Notes: generated from the letters alone by a model not told the origin. Positions 14,674-28,047 are shown, counted from the first letter of the stretch. The stretch: DNA of 64,000 bases from Octopus sinensis (GCF_006345805.1 NC_043004.1:61504001-61568000), one strand, 5' to 3'. Made by a program: numbers and translations.

Positions 14674-14997
14674 GTGAGTAGAAGCATAAGATTTATTAAA
14701 ACTTCTAATGTAAACAGCAACCAACTATTTTGTAGACACGCAGAAAAAAATATTAACGGCAGTAGGTGGCAGAAGTATTAACACCATTTAAGCATGTTTA
14801 TTTGCCTTGTAGCTACTCTGTCTAATCCAAACTTACACACAAGGACAGAAATGTGAATAAACAGGAAGTTCTTATGCAGCAGAAAGGAAAAATAGGTTCT
14901 CTATCTATGCAGAAAAAAGTAAATAAAATAAATAAACCAATGATAATTAACTGTACTATGAGTGTGCACTGAAACAACAGCAACAACAACAAACAAG

Positions 14998-15065
<68 letters not shown>

Positions 15066-15335
15066 TTACTAAAACGACGACTACTACTAAAACTGTTAAA
15101 AAATCAATAATACTATAATAATAATTTCTAGTGTAGGCACAGAACAGTATTTTTTGTTGGGAAGGGCTAGTCGGGAATCTGGGGTCAATATCTTAATAAC
15201 AATATATTATATCGACCTCGTATAATATCACATAATTGGATATAACATTCATGACATAACAACATACATGTAATTTATTCGCTATAAAAGTAATATTGAA
15301 TATGCTACCGCGCCAGTTTAAAATGCTCTGATCCC

Positions 15336-15392
<57 letters not shown>

Positions 15393-15394
<2 letters not shown>

Positions 15395-16099
15395 CAGTTA
15401 GATGTGTGTTGATTCTAGTTGGAAACGGATCTTCTGTGGTTGCTTCGGAGCTATTTTTAGCACTAGAGTTATCCACATAGTGGATAACTCTCTAATAATT
15501 TATGTATAAATTTGTATTTCCTCCGTAGTTTTTTGTGCTAAGCCACTTGGTGTTAAATTGACGGTATTATTAAATTAATATCGATTTTTCACCCTCATTT
15601 ATAATTTTATAAATTTAACTACGCGGCAGTCAATATTTTATTTGATGCGGCATACGTTTCCAATGGAGTCTAGGCATGCTTTTGGCGCGGAATTTGAGAC
15701 ATAACTAAAAATGTAATTGGTTGGACCGCTCGTGTTTTTGACGCCCGAATCGATCTAATTAATTGCATTTCTGACAAACTCTACCGAAGATTTATAGATG
15801 CAAGTGTAAGTAAAACTACATATTGCATTAGTAATGAAACAATTGTATAGAGTCAATCTATTTTATTCGTTGTATTTCACTTTCCTTCAGTTAGATGTGT
15901 GTTGATTCTAGTTGGAAACGGATCTTCTGTGGTTGCTTCGGAGCTATTTTTAGCACTAGAGTTATCCACATAGTGGATAACTCTCTAATAATTTATGTAT
16001 AAATTTGTATTTCCTCCGTAGTTTTTTGTGCTAAGCCACTTGGTGTTAAATTGACGGTATTATTAAATTAATATCGATTTTTCACCCTCATTTATAATT
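15393..16099 (+). mobile_element. Retrozyme-like or PLE-dependent partial tandem: 493-bp unit, 1.4 copies, identical 214-bp direct repeats (15393-15606 and 15886-16099), hammerhead fold at 15778-15853
   Basis: actcta-CCGAAGA-long stem II-GAAAC-aatt-GTA-tagagt; (TA)n on both sides; no ORF. Confidence 0.8.
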
Positions 16100-16505
16100 A
16101 TATATATATATATATATAAACAAAACCGGGTACAAAATTTCTCATGAAGACTCAAAACTTTTCATATACACTTCGGATACATGGTAAAGGAAAGACAGAA
16201 GATGGAATATACGAGAATTTATTATTAATGACGACAATTGTTTTGATATATCTAGCATCGGTCCCTCACTGGTGGGACACTTTACTGGTTCAGGTGCATC
16301 TTGTGGTGCTCCTGAACATATATACAAAAATACATATATACATACATGCATTCATACATACATTCATAAATACATACATACATACATGAATGGTGTCTTA
16401 AAACTTCTTATGCCTATCTACAATAAACACTAGTTTGACAGTATGCACCAAATACTGTAAGCTATTTCTCATTAAATCCAAAGTAAATGACATGTATCTC
16501 TCTCG

Positions 16506-16547
<42 letters not shown>

Positions 16548-16883
16548 CCCTGTTATTAATTGATCCGTTATAATGTGTAGTATTTTAAAGAAGAGATGTC
16601 ACTGCCCAGTGCACCAGCTTTAGTTTATACTTCAATCAAATCTGCAAAAGCGAACTAGTTCCACAAACTTGCACTAGTGGACAAATATTGATGTAGAATT
16701 CCAGTTGTCTGTAGAAACAAAGTAAAAAGAAAAATGAAAATGAAGAACAGTTTGAATAGGATTGACAGGCAATAGTCTATTTTAAAGAAACTGAGGATAC
16801 TTATTTTATCATATTTTATAATATTGTAAAGATGACCCCAAATGTATAAAATTAATTTCTATTCTTTCTTTTTCATCTTACAG

Positions 16884-16951
16884 GTCATTAAATTTCGGTG
16901 GCCTTGGTACCATACTGGGTCATGAATTGATGCATGCCTTTGATAACGATG
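16884..16951 (+). CDS. M13 peptidase exon with the zinc-binding HELMH motif (SLNFGGLGTILGHELMHAFDNDG)
   Basis: ttacag acceptor, GTAACG donor; HExxH in the LN(F/Y)GGIG-GHE-H-FD context. Confidence 0.97.
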
Positions 16952-17097
16952 GTAACGTATATAATAAACTATATATTTAAGTTAAGTCACTATTACATTT
17001 GTAACTGTGCAGTTTCATGTTAACTTAAATTGAACTCTTGGATATTGATCATTTGATTCACTACTGTTACTCGCTTGGTGAATATGCATCAGTATTC

Positions 17098-17163
<66 letters not shown>

Positions 17164-17177
17164 TATGCATCAGCATT

Positions 17178-17253
<76 letters not shown>

Positions 17254-17619
17254 CGTCTGTGAGCGCGCTACCTCCCTCTACATTAATATCTTAATATACA
17301 ATTCTATTATATAGTGCTGAGCATATATGATAGTTTCAAATTTTGGCAACAAACCAGCAATCCCGACAGAGAGAAAAGTCGATTACGAGTGCTTAACTCG
17401 TTAATATTTTATCGACCATTAAAGGATGAAAGTCAAAGCCGACCTGGTGTAATTTGTACTCAGAGTGTAAAGACAGGCGAAGTTCCCCTAAGCATTTGCC
17501 CTGGCGTGCTAACCTTTCTGACAGCTCACCACCCCTCTGAGTGTAGATATTAATGCAAATATGTACACAGAATTATTTATACATACATACACACACATGC
17601 ATACATACATACATACATA

Positions 17620-18095
17620 ATCCATCAAAAGGATGGAATATGACGTCGAAGAAAGAAATAAGAACCCACAGTATCGTCGAATACGTAAACACACATAATA
17701 AGGAGTACAAGTGGAATGTTCCAGTGAAGACTTCAATAAAATGTAAGTATAAAAGTCCTAATACAATGATGTGGGATAGAGAAGAGAAACTGTGTACAGT
17801 TGCGGAAATCAGCTACCCACCGGATGTTAACATAAAGCTGAAGATCAGTGAAGAAGCGAAGCGAATACCTACGCTGAACTACTGAGAAATCTGCAATTAC
17901 TCTAACCAGATTACAAGTTCACCTTTATACCTGTAATTACTGGGGCCCCGGGATATGTAACGCACTGCCTAAATGCCAATCTTGAGCAATTAGGCTTCTC
18001 AAAACCAGAAAGGAGAAAGCTAATTGGAAGATTACAGATCCAATACATTACTGGAAGTATAAAAATGTGTAAAACTTTCTAGATGTTTATTGTTT
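17620..18095 (+). mobile_element. 3' fragment of a non-LTR retrotransposon with a restriction-like endonuclease (R4/NeSL-like)
   Basis: WNVPVKTSIKCK..PNTMMWDREEKLCTVAEISYPPDVNIKLKISE, then FIPVITGAPGYV and SIKMCKTF. Confidence 0.75.
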
Positions 18096-19990
18096 AAATA
18101 TATATGAGAATGTCTAGATATGCAACTATATGCATGAGGATACATACATAAAACTAGATTTTACAATCTGCACATATACATGCATACAAACAAGCAAAAA
18201 TAACTTGTTGATATTGGAATTCCAATGAAGTAGCTTTGGATCTTGTTTAGAAACAGTATCTTTATCTATTGGCAAGAAATCTGAACAATGACATACATAC
18301 ACACACACAAACGTATATGCATTTATGTATGTATGTATGTATGTATGTATGTATGTATGTATGTATGTATGTATATGTATATTCGTAGATCATGATGATA
18401 AATTAGTTTCAAGATTTGTTTGAAAAAGGAATTTTTGAATACGAATCTTTAAAAGTTGATCGTAACGTTCCAATATATAACTGAATGTGAGGTCAGTCTA
18501 ATGCCATTCCTGGCAAACAAGTGTGTACCGCTGAATTGATCCAATAAGATCAAAATCACGTGTTCTGGTGGTTGCGAAAGCACACCGAATAACCAACGCG
18601 CAGATTTGTCGGTTCTTAGAGGATACCCACTTTAAGGAGACGACATACATCACACAAAATATAATTGTTGGGTGAAAATATATGTGTGCATGATTGCGAG
18701 TGCGGGCAGCTGTGAGTGTGTGAGAGACAAAAAGAGAACAGAGCAAGTGAGAGAGAGAGGGAGAGAGAAATAGAGAGTTTGACAGAGAGAAAGAAAAAAT
18801 TAAAGTGATACAAAGAGAAAGGATAATTTTAAAAATCGGTAGAAAGTTATAGAGGAGAAACCAAAGGATTCATGAAGACAGTTCATCGTCAGAATTTGAT
18901 AAGATTTCTGTATCTAACTCTAACAGTCTTTCTCTACTACTACGGTATTAACATTCGAGATATTAACTTATTTCTAAGGCAGGAGCAGAATTACGCAGCT
19001 GATCCTTTGTGCTACAGGTACAGTTCATGTCGTTTTGTCAATTTAACCACTGCGTATTGCACAGGCATTTGTAATCACTTAGTAGAAACAGTAACAGTAT
19101 ATGAGGATTCCAGATACTTTCAATTTCCTTTTAGTTCGTAAATCACAAGTTATTCGACTGAGATGACATTCTTAAGTCATTCCCCAGGATATGCTCAACA
19201 TGACACATCGCGTGTTGAAGAGTTGGTTTTATGAATTACATGTAATCCAACTGCTGATGTTTCAAAGCCATCATCTCCTCAGTGCCTGTCAAAATTCTGC
19301 TTTGATAGAAAATATATTTCCAGAGTGCTGCGTAGTGGTAACAGACACGTGATATTCTGTTCCTGAAGGGAAAATCTTAAATCTTGTAACCTGCACTCAT
19401 TTTATATACATACTTTGAGAGAGAAAAACATACGCTTCAATGGAAACAGTGTATGGGGCAGTTACGAAACCGTCTACCAGATACACCGTAGCACAATATT
19501 TGACAACTCTATCAGTTTCAATTACAAATCCATGAGACCGGCTTCTACACCAGTTCTGTCTATAATATATGTTTCACAATATTTGGATAGACCCCGAGTA
19601 ATAATAAAGAAACACACTTTCCCAAAAGACCAAACTGAGATCAAGCCTATAACTACATAATTGCGAAACACCAACTAGTGTATTATACAGTAGGGTGAAA
19701 CCAACAATTGCTGGATTGTGAATACATGACCAAACACATAGTATGGAAAGCGGAACCGCATGAGGGAGATACGAATTACTTAAACACCATGCTATAATTG
19801 AAGGTGTACCTATGTACCTTTTTACCATATACATACATGTCAGCGTTTGCATTCAAAAGAGAATACGCACAATAAATATAATGTCTAAGAAGCAGGTGTT
19901 GCATATTATTAATATTTTGCTAAAATTATTGCTTTAATTAATTGTTTCTATAATTCCATTCGATAAAGATCTATAGTACTTCATGTAGTT

Positions 19991-20043
<53 letters not shown>

Positions 20044-20049
<6 letters not shown>

Positions 20050-20668
20050 CAATATAAGGAGTGGCCTTAATAGGCTATTCGACTCACTAGAAAGAGCAGC
20101 CAAACTCAAACCGTTAAATAGTTGTAATTCTGAAATTGAAAGAGAAATAAAAATATTTACCCTTTTCATCTCTGGACTATGCATAGTTTCGACAAACTTT
20201 AGTAAACAAATTAATTAAATTAAATTAAATTTATTTACAACTGGCGTGTCTCGTCAGCAGAGAAGCCGAGGACGAGTATATGTCCACGAGGCGACGGCAA
20301 AGAAGCCTCCAGTCTATATGCTCTAAATTTTCAAAATCCACCGCCACCGCGCTGTCTTCTCAGCAGCAAATATAAACTGCTGATTTAATTTCAAAATTAG
20401 CCAAAAAATCATTAATTAATAAATATAAGGGTAGCAAAAAAATTCTAGAAAAATTTCTCCGCTACCAGCGGTCTAATGAGAAAGGAAACATAATCAAAGA
20501 TTATATAATATACATTCAACAATATAAGGAATGGCCCTAATAGGCTATTCGATTCACTAGAAAGAGCAGCCAAACTCAAACCGCTAAATAGTTGTAATTC
20601 TGAAATTGAAAAAGAAATAAAAACATTTACCCTTTTCATCTCTGGACAATGCATAGTTTCGACAAACT
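20044..20668 (-). mobile_element. Retrozyme-like partial tandem: 470-bp unit, ~1.3 copies, 155-bp direct repeats (20044-20198 and 20514-20668)
   Basis: Repeats differ at about 7 positions; (TA)n on both flanks; non-coding; carries a hammerhead. Confidence 0.85.
20169..20263 (-). ncRNA. Canonical type I hammerhead ribozyme
   Basis: tctctg-CTGACGA-gaca-(AT-rich hairpin)-tgtc-GAAAC-tatgcata-GTC-cagaga; full core, 6-bp stem I, palindromic stem III, GUC cleavage triplet. Confidence 0.88.
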
Positions 20669-20706
20669 ATATATATATATATATATATATGTTTTTTTCA
20701 TTTTAG

Positions 20707-20837
20707 GTACCTTATACAACGCTCAGGGAGAATATTCGCCATGGCTCACAACGAGTGCAAAAGCGTCTTTTGAAAGACTTTCTAAAGAGCTAATTAACCA
20801 ATATTCACACTTCAAAATACCTGGTACCAGTCTACAT
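20707..20837 (+). CDS. M13 peptidase exon (GTLYNAQGEYSPWL...INQYSHFKIPGTSLH)
   Basis: ttttag acceptor, GTAAGT donor; 131 nt with phases 1 to 0 fitting both neighbours. Confidence 0.93.
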
Positions 20838-21019
20838 GTAAGTTTGTTTATTGTCTTATATAGCATATTAATAAACATACGTAGGAAATTCAGATTAAGT
20901 AAAAACACCAAAACAACATTTATAAATCTATGTGCATATAAATATAATCTAACATTTGTTTTTTATAAGCGCTAACACGTGTCTTGTAAAATAAAAATAA
21001 GACGATAAATTATTTTCGA

Positions 21020-22255
21020 ATGCAGATATATTAGGTGTCAGCTGTTTTAAGCATTGTGTTGCAGGCATGATAAGGCAGTGTCTTAAATGTTTTACTCGTT
21101 TAAATCGTTTGCAGTTCTTAAGTTCTTAAAACTGGCATAGAGATAGATACGTAGGTTCGTGTGTCTGGTTGCACTGATAACTACCACATCTAAATTTAGT
21201 GACCTCAGTTTATTGAGGTAGCCCTGTTTCCAAGATGACCTCAAGCCATGTGCATTTATATTTCTATTCAAAGCAAGGCCATGTTAGATTACGGAATTGA
21301 AGCAGAAGGGATTTTGTTCGAAAAACGGAGATAGATGTTCATTCCACATAGCTATATCTGCGTGCTCCCACGACCAGTTATTATACACTCGTTCAGACAA
21401 TGTGGTTTTCATGGATTTCTATGTGTTTCTTGTTGCTTGGTTGAGTTGTATGTATATTGGAGTGTTGTTTGGGGGTACGATAAGATGCCAGTGTGTGCCG
21501 TCTGTAGGGATGTATATATGTTTCGTTAGTTCTTAATTTTTCGTATTTATACCTGTGTAGTTAATGTTATTTAAGTGCTGTGATAATGAATTTGGTTGTG
21601 CTTGTAAGGATGGTGTATGTGATAATATTGGTGGTTATGTTAGTGATGGATTAGATATTGTTGACGGTATTGGCATAGCTCCTACTGGGGGTGTTTTTTG
21701 CACACTGTTTCTCAAAGGTTTCTACACCTTTGTTTATAACTGCTAAATTTTGCGGCGTGATATTGTTTTTCTTTAATTTTTTAGACCTGGCGACATTTTG
21801 CTATTTAGGTTTTTCATTGTCACATTCTTCTTGGTCTCACAAAGAGAAGTATGTCTTGGGAAGATGTTGGTGCTGTTGCGTTGATAATGTAGTTGTTGAT
21901 CTCGGGGATTCTGATCCTGTTCTTTTTGTTGCTGTGTCGAATCTGGAATTCATTGGATTGCTGTATTTTCTGCTCTGATTGATGCTGTTGCTTCCACTGT
22001 TATTGTTCTTGTTGTTGCTGCAACTGCTACAGATACTGTTGTAATTTCGGATGTTACTCTTGTGTCTGCATCTTTAGTGGTCACCTGTCTCTACTAGTGC
22101 TATTATATTTCTGTCGGCAAAAGTGGATGTCTCCGAGTCTCTGATTTGCTACGGGCAAAAGGACTTTTGTTCCATACTTGATAGGTTATCCGTCTGCCTG
22201 GCGCCAAACCACGAAACCAGGCCACAAGCACTCTGTTTCTAAACTGACCTCCATA
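21020..22255 (-). mobile_element. Decayed L1/Tx1-like element, 5' portion (low-complexity ORF1-like region and start of APE)
   Basis: Minus strand near 21170-21270 encodes NINAHGLRSSWKQGYL.KLRSLNLDVVVISATR; boundaries approximate. Confidence 0.55.
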
Positions 22256-22258
22256 TCA

Positions 22259-22356
<98 letters not shown>

Positions 22357-22401
22357 GAAATATGTTTTGAAAAAATATATAGAATACACGTGTAAATGTA
22401 A

Positions 22402-24589
22402 GGGTAAAATATAAAAAATCAACGAAAATGCATATTGTAGATATAAAAAGGCTATTTATGTCAGGTAGTGACAAATATATACATTTAGAGTATTACTAGT
22501 CAAAAAGGTCATTATTATTGATGATTATAAGAAGTTAATAATAATAATAATAAGGTAGGGGACTGAAACGAACCAATTGGTTTTCGCGTTAGCTATTCAT
22601 CGTTTGAACAACACCGGTTAGTAAACGGTGTCAGGTCTAATAGTTCCTGAGAAAAGAGATTATTTTTAAGGGAGGTAAGTAGTTCTGGATTATATGTATA
22701 AGGGAGGTAAGTAGTTCAGACATTAGAAATGTGAATGATCTAGAAAGTGTATAGGGTTTAATGGTTTAAATTGAAGGGTTACTGGTGTTCTGTATTGAGC
22801 TGTGTGTTCACATTTAGTTGGGGGAGAAATTTGTTGATGAAAAATGACTCTTTATTCGACCTTTGTTGCATTGTGGTGTTCTGTGAGCATTGGTAAAAGG
22901 GAAATATTTGGAAATTGAGATTAAGTTTCCTGGCACATCTTTCTATGTGTTCACTCACCTTTAACTGTCTCTATTGTGGGTGGCGGATTTGCTCTTTGTG
23001 AATGGTGATTCTTTGACGGAGCGAAATTCCTGTTTGTCTAATATAGAGTTTACCGCATCCTATGCATGTCATGACATAGATTACATTTGCTGAGGCGCAG
23101 GTGAAATTTGATTTGATCTTAAATATTTCTCCTTGTTTGAATTGGAATTCTGAACCCTGCAGAAGGTGGGGGCATGTTCCACAGTTAGAACGTCCACATT
23201 TTGTCACTTTTGGCTCAGTTGTTAGTGGATAAAGTCTAGTGGGTAAAGTGTTTGGGGTAGCAGACATCTTAATTAGAATAGTTAACAACCACATAGAAAC
23301 AGACATCTTTTATAAACCCAAAGAATCTAAACAATACCTATTATTTAACTCCTGCCACCCCAAACACATAAAAATCAACATACCCTTTAACCTAGCAGAA
23401 AGAATCTGCACCATAGTTTCCGATACATACACTCGTGAACATAGACTCCTTGAACTTAGATCTACACTAACTAAAAGACACTACCCAATCTCATTAGTAA
23501 ATGAAGGTATCAAAGAGCTAAGGGAATAGATATACAAAGATTAAGGGAAACTAGCCGAAATACTAAACAAGACTTAAAAATACTCCCGTACACCTCCACA
23601 CATAACCCCAGAAACAACGAAGCCTTCAACATCATCACCCAAAACCTCCCCATCCTCACAGCAGACAAAACAATGAACAACATTTTAAGCTCATATAAAA
23701 TTATAAAAAGCAAAAAGCAACCGAAGTCACTGAAAAGAATACTAACCAGCGCTAGACTTTACCCACTAACTACTGAGCCAAAAGTGACAAAATGTAGACG
23801 TTCTAACTGTGGAACATGCCCCCACCTTCTGGAGGGTTCAGAATTCCAATTCAAACAAGGAGAAATATTTAAGATCAAATCAAATTTCACCTGCGCCTCA
23901 GCAAATGTAATCTATGTCATGATATGCATAGGATGTGATAAACTCTATATTGGACAAACAGGAATTTCGCTCCATCAAATAATCCCTATTTACAAAGAGC
24001 AAATCCGCCACCCACAATAGAGACAGTTAAAGGTGAGTGAACACATAGAAAGATGTGCCAGGAAACTTAATCTCAATTTCCAAATATTTCCCTTTTACCA
24101 ATGCTCACAGAACACCACAATGCAACAAAGGTCGAATAAAGAGTCATTTTTCATCAACAAATTTCTCCCCCAACTAAATGTGAACACACAGCTCAATACA
24201 GAACACCACTAACTCTTCAATTTAAACCACTAAACCCTATACACTTTCTAGATCATTCACATTTCTAATTTCTGAACTACTTACCTCCCTTATACATATA
24301 ATCCAGAACTACTTACCTCCCTTAAAAATAAACTCTTTTCTCAGGAACTATTAGACCTGACACCGTTTACTAACCGGTGTTGTTCAAACGATGAATAGCT
24401 AACGCGAAAACCAATTGGTTCGTTTCAGTCTCCTACCTTATTATTATTATTATTAATTTCTTATAATCATTAATAATAATGACCTTTTTGACTAGTAATA
24501 CTCTAAATGTATATATTTGTCACTACCTGACATAAATAGCCTTTTTATATCTACAATATGCATTTTCGTTGATTTTATATATTTTACCC
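22402..24589 (+). mobile_element. 5'-truncated Penelope-like retroelement (RT C-terminus and GIY-YIG endonuclease) preceded by an inverted ~838-bp copy of its own 3' end
   Basis: TDIFYKP..SKQYLLFNSCHPKHIKINIP; CRRSNCGTC...FTCASANVIYVMICIGCDKLYIGQTG; arms 22402-23239 and 23752-24589; (TA)n on both sides; frameshift and stop present. Confidence 0.93.
24386..24425 (+). ncRNA. Variant hammerhead-like fold with A3-U8 core in the PLE 3' repeat (mirror copy 22566-22605, minus strand)
   Basis: aaacg-ATGAATA-gc-taac-gc-GAAA-accaattggt-t-cgttt; needs one extra nucleotide in the core. Confidence 0.55.
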
Positions 24590-26097
24590 CTATATATATA
24601 TATATATATATATATATGCATATATAAGAGTGTCTGCATAGGTATACGTTCACGTACAGACTCACATACGTAGATATACACATACGCGATTAGGCATTCA
24701 CAAGTTAAGTATTATTCACATATGCAATAGAAATGTGAATAAATACACTTAGCTTACATAAATGAAAGGATGAATGTCTTCCAAAATATTTTATAAATTA
24801 TTACATCAAATTATAGTTATTGTAAACGTAAATTTGAAAAGCAACAACAGCACAAGAATAGAAAAGGTTCATTATGGATACAACGTGCTTCGAATTTGTG
24901 AAGAATTCATTTCTTCAGGTAAACATGAACATGTTTATATATAAGGGTTGTTCCGCTAAGGAATTTGAATGATATAAATTATATTTAATAGTAACGTTTT
25001 TTTTTCCTGACGCAGAAAAACATCGCTAGCTCGACTAGATACAGTGTAAAACTTGCATTCAGTGTTTTGTTAATAGAAACTTTGTTAACACATGAAGCTG
25101 AAATACTTCAATATATAACTTTTCCTTTTGTTTACCTTTTTTTTGCTTCAAATTGATATGCTGATAAAAACGATATTATTTTGGACATTCTTATGCTTAG
25201 CTTGAAGTTAATTATCACACTTTGTTAATTGGTAACATATGAAAATGTAGGCGCAAGTGTATCTCTATCTGCATAAGGATAAGTTTCTAGTCTCATTTGT
25301 GTGTTGAATAACTGTATGGGATTCGATCCGGTATCTTAACAAGCAACCAAACGCTAGGTTAACATTTTTGATAAACTTCTTACTCTTAGTGATTCTGTGG
25401 TAGAATAATAAGAGCGCCCGGTTGAATATATCCTGGTATTTACATCCCTGATACCAAATTGTTAGTAAGTTTAGTCTTCTATAAGTTATTATTATTAAGA
25501 TTCCGCTAAGGTTAACTTTAACATTCCTCCTCTCGGGATCGATAAAGTATAGAGATACCACTGGTTTGAATTTTAAGATTTAAGCAACATCGAAAGATTT
25601 TAAACGAGTACTTGATTTTCCTTTCAGACTAATAATGCAGTCTTTGTCGTGATCTGCTTCCTGGTTCTTCAATTTAATAATGTAGCTCTCTCGTTTTTTC
25701 ATTTAAGAAAATGAGCAATGTGTCTTCATATTAAGACACAAGTAAAAGCCAACGTTCTTTATTATTAACAACTCATTAAACATTGAGTTTATAATACTCA
25801 TTCCATTAAATGTTTTCCACTTTCGATCAATTTTCTAATCCTTCTATGTATTCTTTGGAAATATCCTGCACCAATCTTGACCAAAAAAATGTAGTTTGTT
25901 CATGTTTTAAAAATTATTGTTGAATCGTTTTATTTGATTCGTTCCAAATCTCACCCAAAGACTGCAAGGAACTACAAGCTGGTCGTTTTACTATCGGAGT
26001 TATTTATAATAATCCATGATATAATAATAATAAAAATAAAAAATAAAAATAGTAATAAAAAATGAAAATAATAATAATAATAATAATGATAATAATA

Positions 26098-27174
26098 ATG
26101 GGAATATTGTATACTGTGCTCAGGTGCACCACAAGTTGTCAAAAGTGCGTATAAAGCATATGCAGTAATATACAAATGTCTGAAAAGTGAACAGTGTATG
26201 AGTCAGATACATGCTTGCGTGTGTAAGGAGGGTAGGAAATCATGTTTAGTGTTGGCGAATCTCAGGAAGCATGGACGTTCGAAGGATGCAAGTGCTCCAA
26301 CAGCTAACAACTGATGCCGGCAGTTTGTTCTATACCTCAGCAACTCTTAGCGCGAAAAAATGTTTCCGAAAGTCATGGGAGCTGTGCTGTTTTCTGACTT
26401 TGTAAACATGTCCAGGGGGGTTTGACGGGTGGAGTTTGAAAGGTAGTCAGCGTTATTGTTAGTAAGATGGTTAATAATTTTATAAGTGTCTGCCAAGTCA
26501 GCTGCCAGACATCGGAGTTTCAATGTATCCATGCTCAAGTAAGTAAAGCGTTCAGAATATGGCAAATGTCTGATGGAGGGTATTCTCTTGGTTGCACGTC
26601 GCTGAACGGTTTCCAGACGATATGTGGTAGGGAAAGGAGACTAGAGTGCAAGAAATAAGATTCTTCTAAATTTGTAATATTTTAGTCCTGAAGGTGTTTT
26701 ATAAGTACCAAACACATTCAAGTTCACAGTCCTTTTCTTGGTATGTGGGGATACCAATGTCTGGCAGCTGACTTGGCAGACACCGATGAAATTCTTAACG
26801 ATCATACTAACAGTAACTCTGACCACCTTTTCAAACTCCACCCGTCTAACACCCGTGGACATGTTTACAAAGTCAGAAAACAGCACAGCTCCCATGACTT
26901 TCGGAAACATTTTTTCACGCTAAGAGTTGCTGAAGCATGGAACAGACTGCCGGCATCAGTTGTTAGCTGTTGGAGCACTGCATCCTTCGAAACGTCCATG
27001 CTTCCTGAGATTCGCCAACATTAAACACGATTTCCCCCCCCCCCTTACACACGCAAGCATGTATCTGACTCGTACACTGTTCACTTTTCAGACATTTGTA
27101 CATTACTGCATATGCTTTATACGCACTTTTGCCAAGTTGTGATGCACCTGAGCACAGTATACAATATACCCATT
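26098..27174. mobile_element. Two CR1/L2-type LINE 3' ends in inverted orientation (about 26098-26610 minus; 26760-27174 plus)
   Basis: TRGHVYKVRKQHSSHDFRKHFFTLRVAEAWNRLPASVVSC; matching 3' UTRs; (TTA)n and poly-A tails face outward. Confidence 0.85.
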
Positions 27175-27397
27175 AAAAAAAAAAACATTTTGGTGACCTG
27201 ACACCTTAGGCATTGTGTCTAAGAGTGAAATTTGCCATTGCACTCTGGTTTTCGGCATTCACACATGCATATGTTTTTCTTAGATGCTGCAGTTTTGGGA
27301 CATCTCTTTTAAGGTCCCTATATTTAGTTATCTTTTTTTGCTATAACAGAAGATATATAGCAATAGTAGTAATATTGTAAGCAACAGCAGCAGCAAT

Positions 27398-27459
<62 letters not shown>

Positions 27460-28047
27460 CGTTGCTGCTGCTATTTTGATTGTTGTAGTGGTCTTGGCAA
27501 TATTGCTCTAACATCTATATTAATTTGTATGTCCTTAATGTTTTTTTTTTGGCTCAGATGCTGCCGACGTCAGCTTTGAATCCATATTTTCGAGACCTAT
27601 ATAGTACTGGGGTTGATGTAATCCTGCATTCACTCTCTCTTAGAATTTCTGGCATTCTGCCAAATTGAAAACCAGCAAATAGAATGTTAAATTGACTGGT
27701 GCGCAGGAAATATGTGGTAAAAATTTGTAACAAACTCAAAGCCACCATTATAAATATGATTATTGCAGTAATGTAAATAACACAGTTGTACCAATAAACT
27801 TTCAGCAGCAGAGAAAACCAACAATGAAATCTCTTCCAGACAAATGACAGAAGATCACATCCTATCATCCCAAATAAACAACACAGCGCATAATGCATTG
27901 CTACATACGACTAAAATGACATACTCGATCATAGGTATATTCGATCAAGATAGCGTTATACGACACAAACAACAACAGATCCGACATCTTTCGGGCGAAA
28001 CTTTACAGTTTCAATATTCGTTTAAACATTATTTATTTCATTGTTGT

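Noticed and set aside
15469-15477. TTATCCACA (bacterial DnaA box match) in a hairpin
   Set aside because: Eukaryotic intron context; a chance match within the hairpin of a repeat unit
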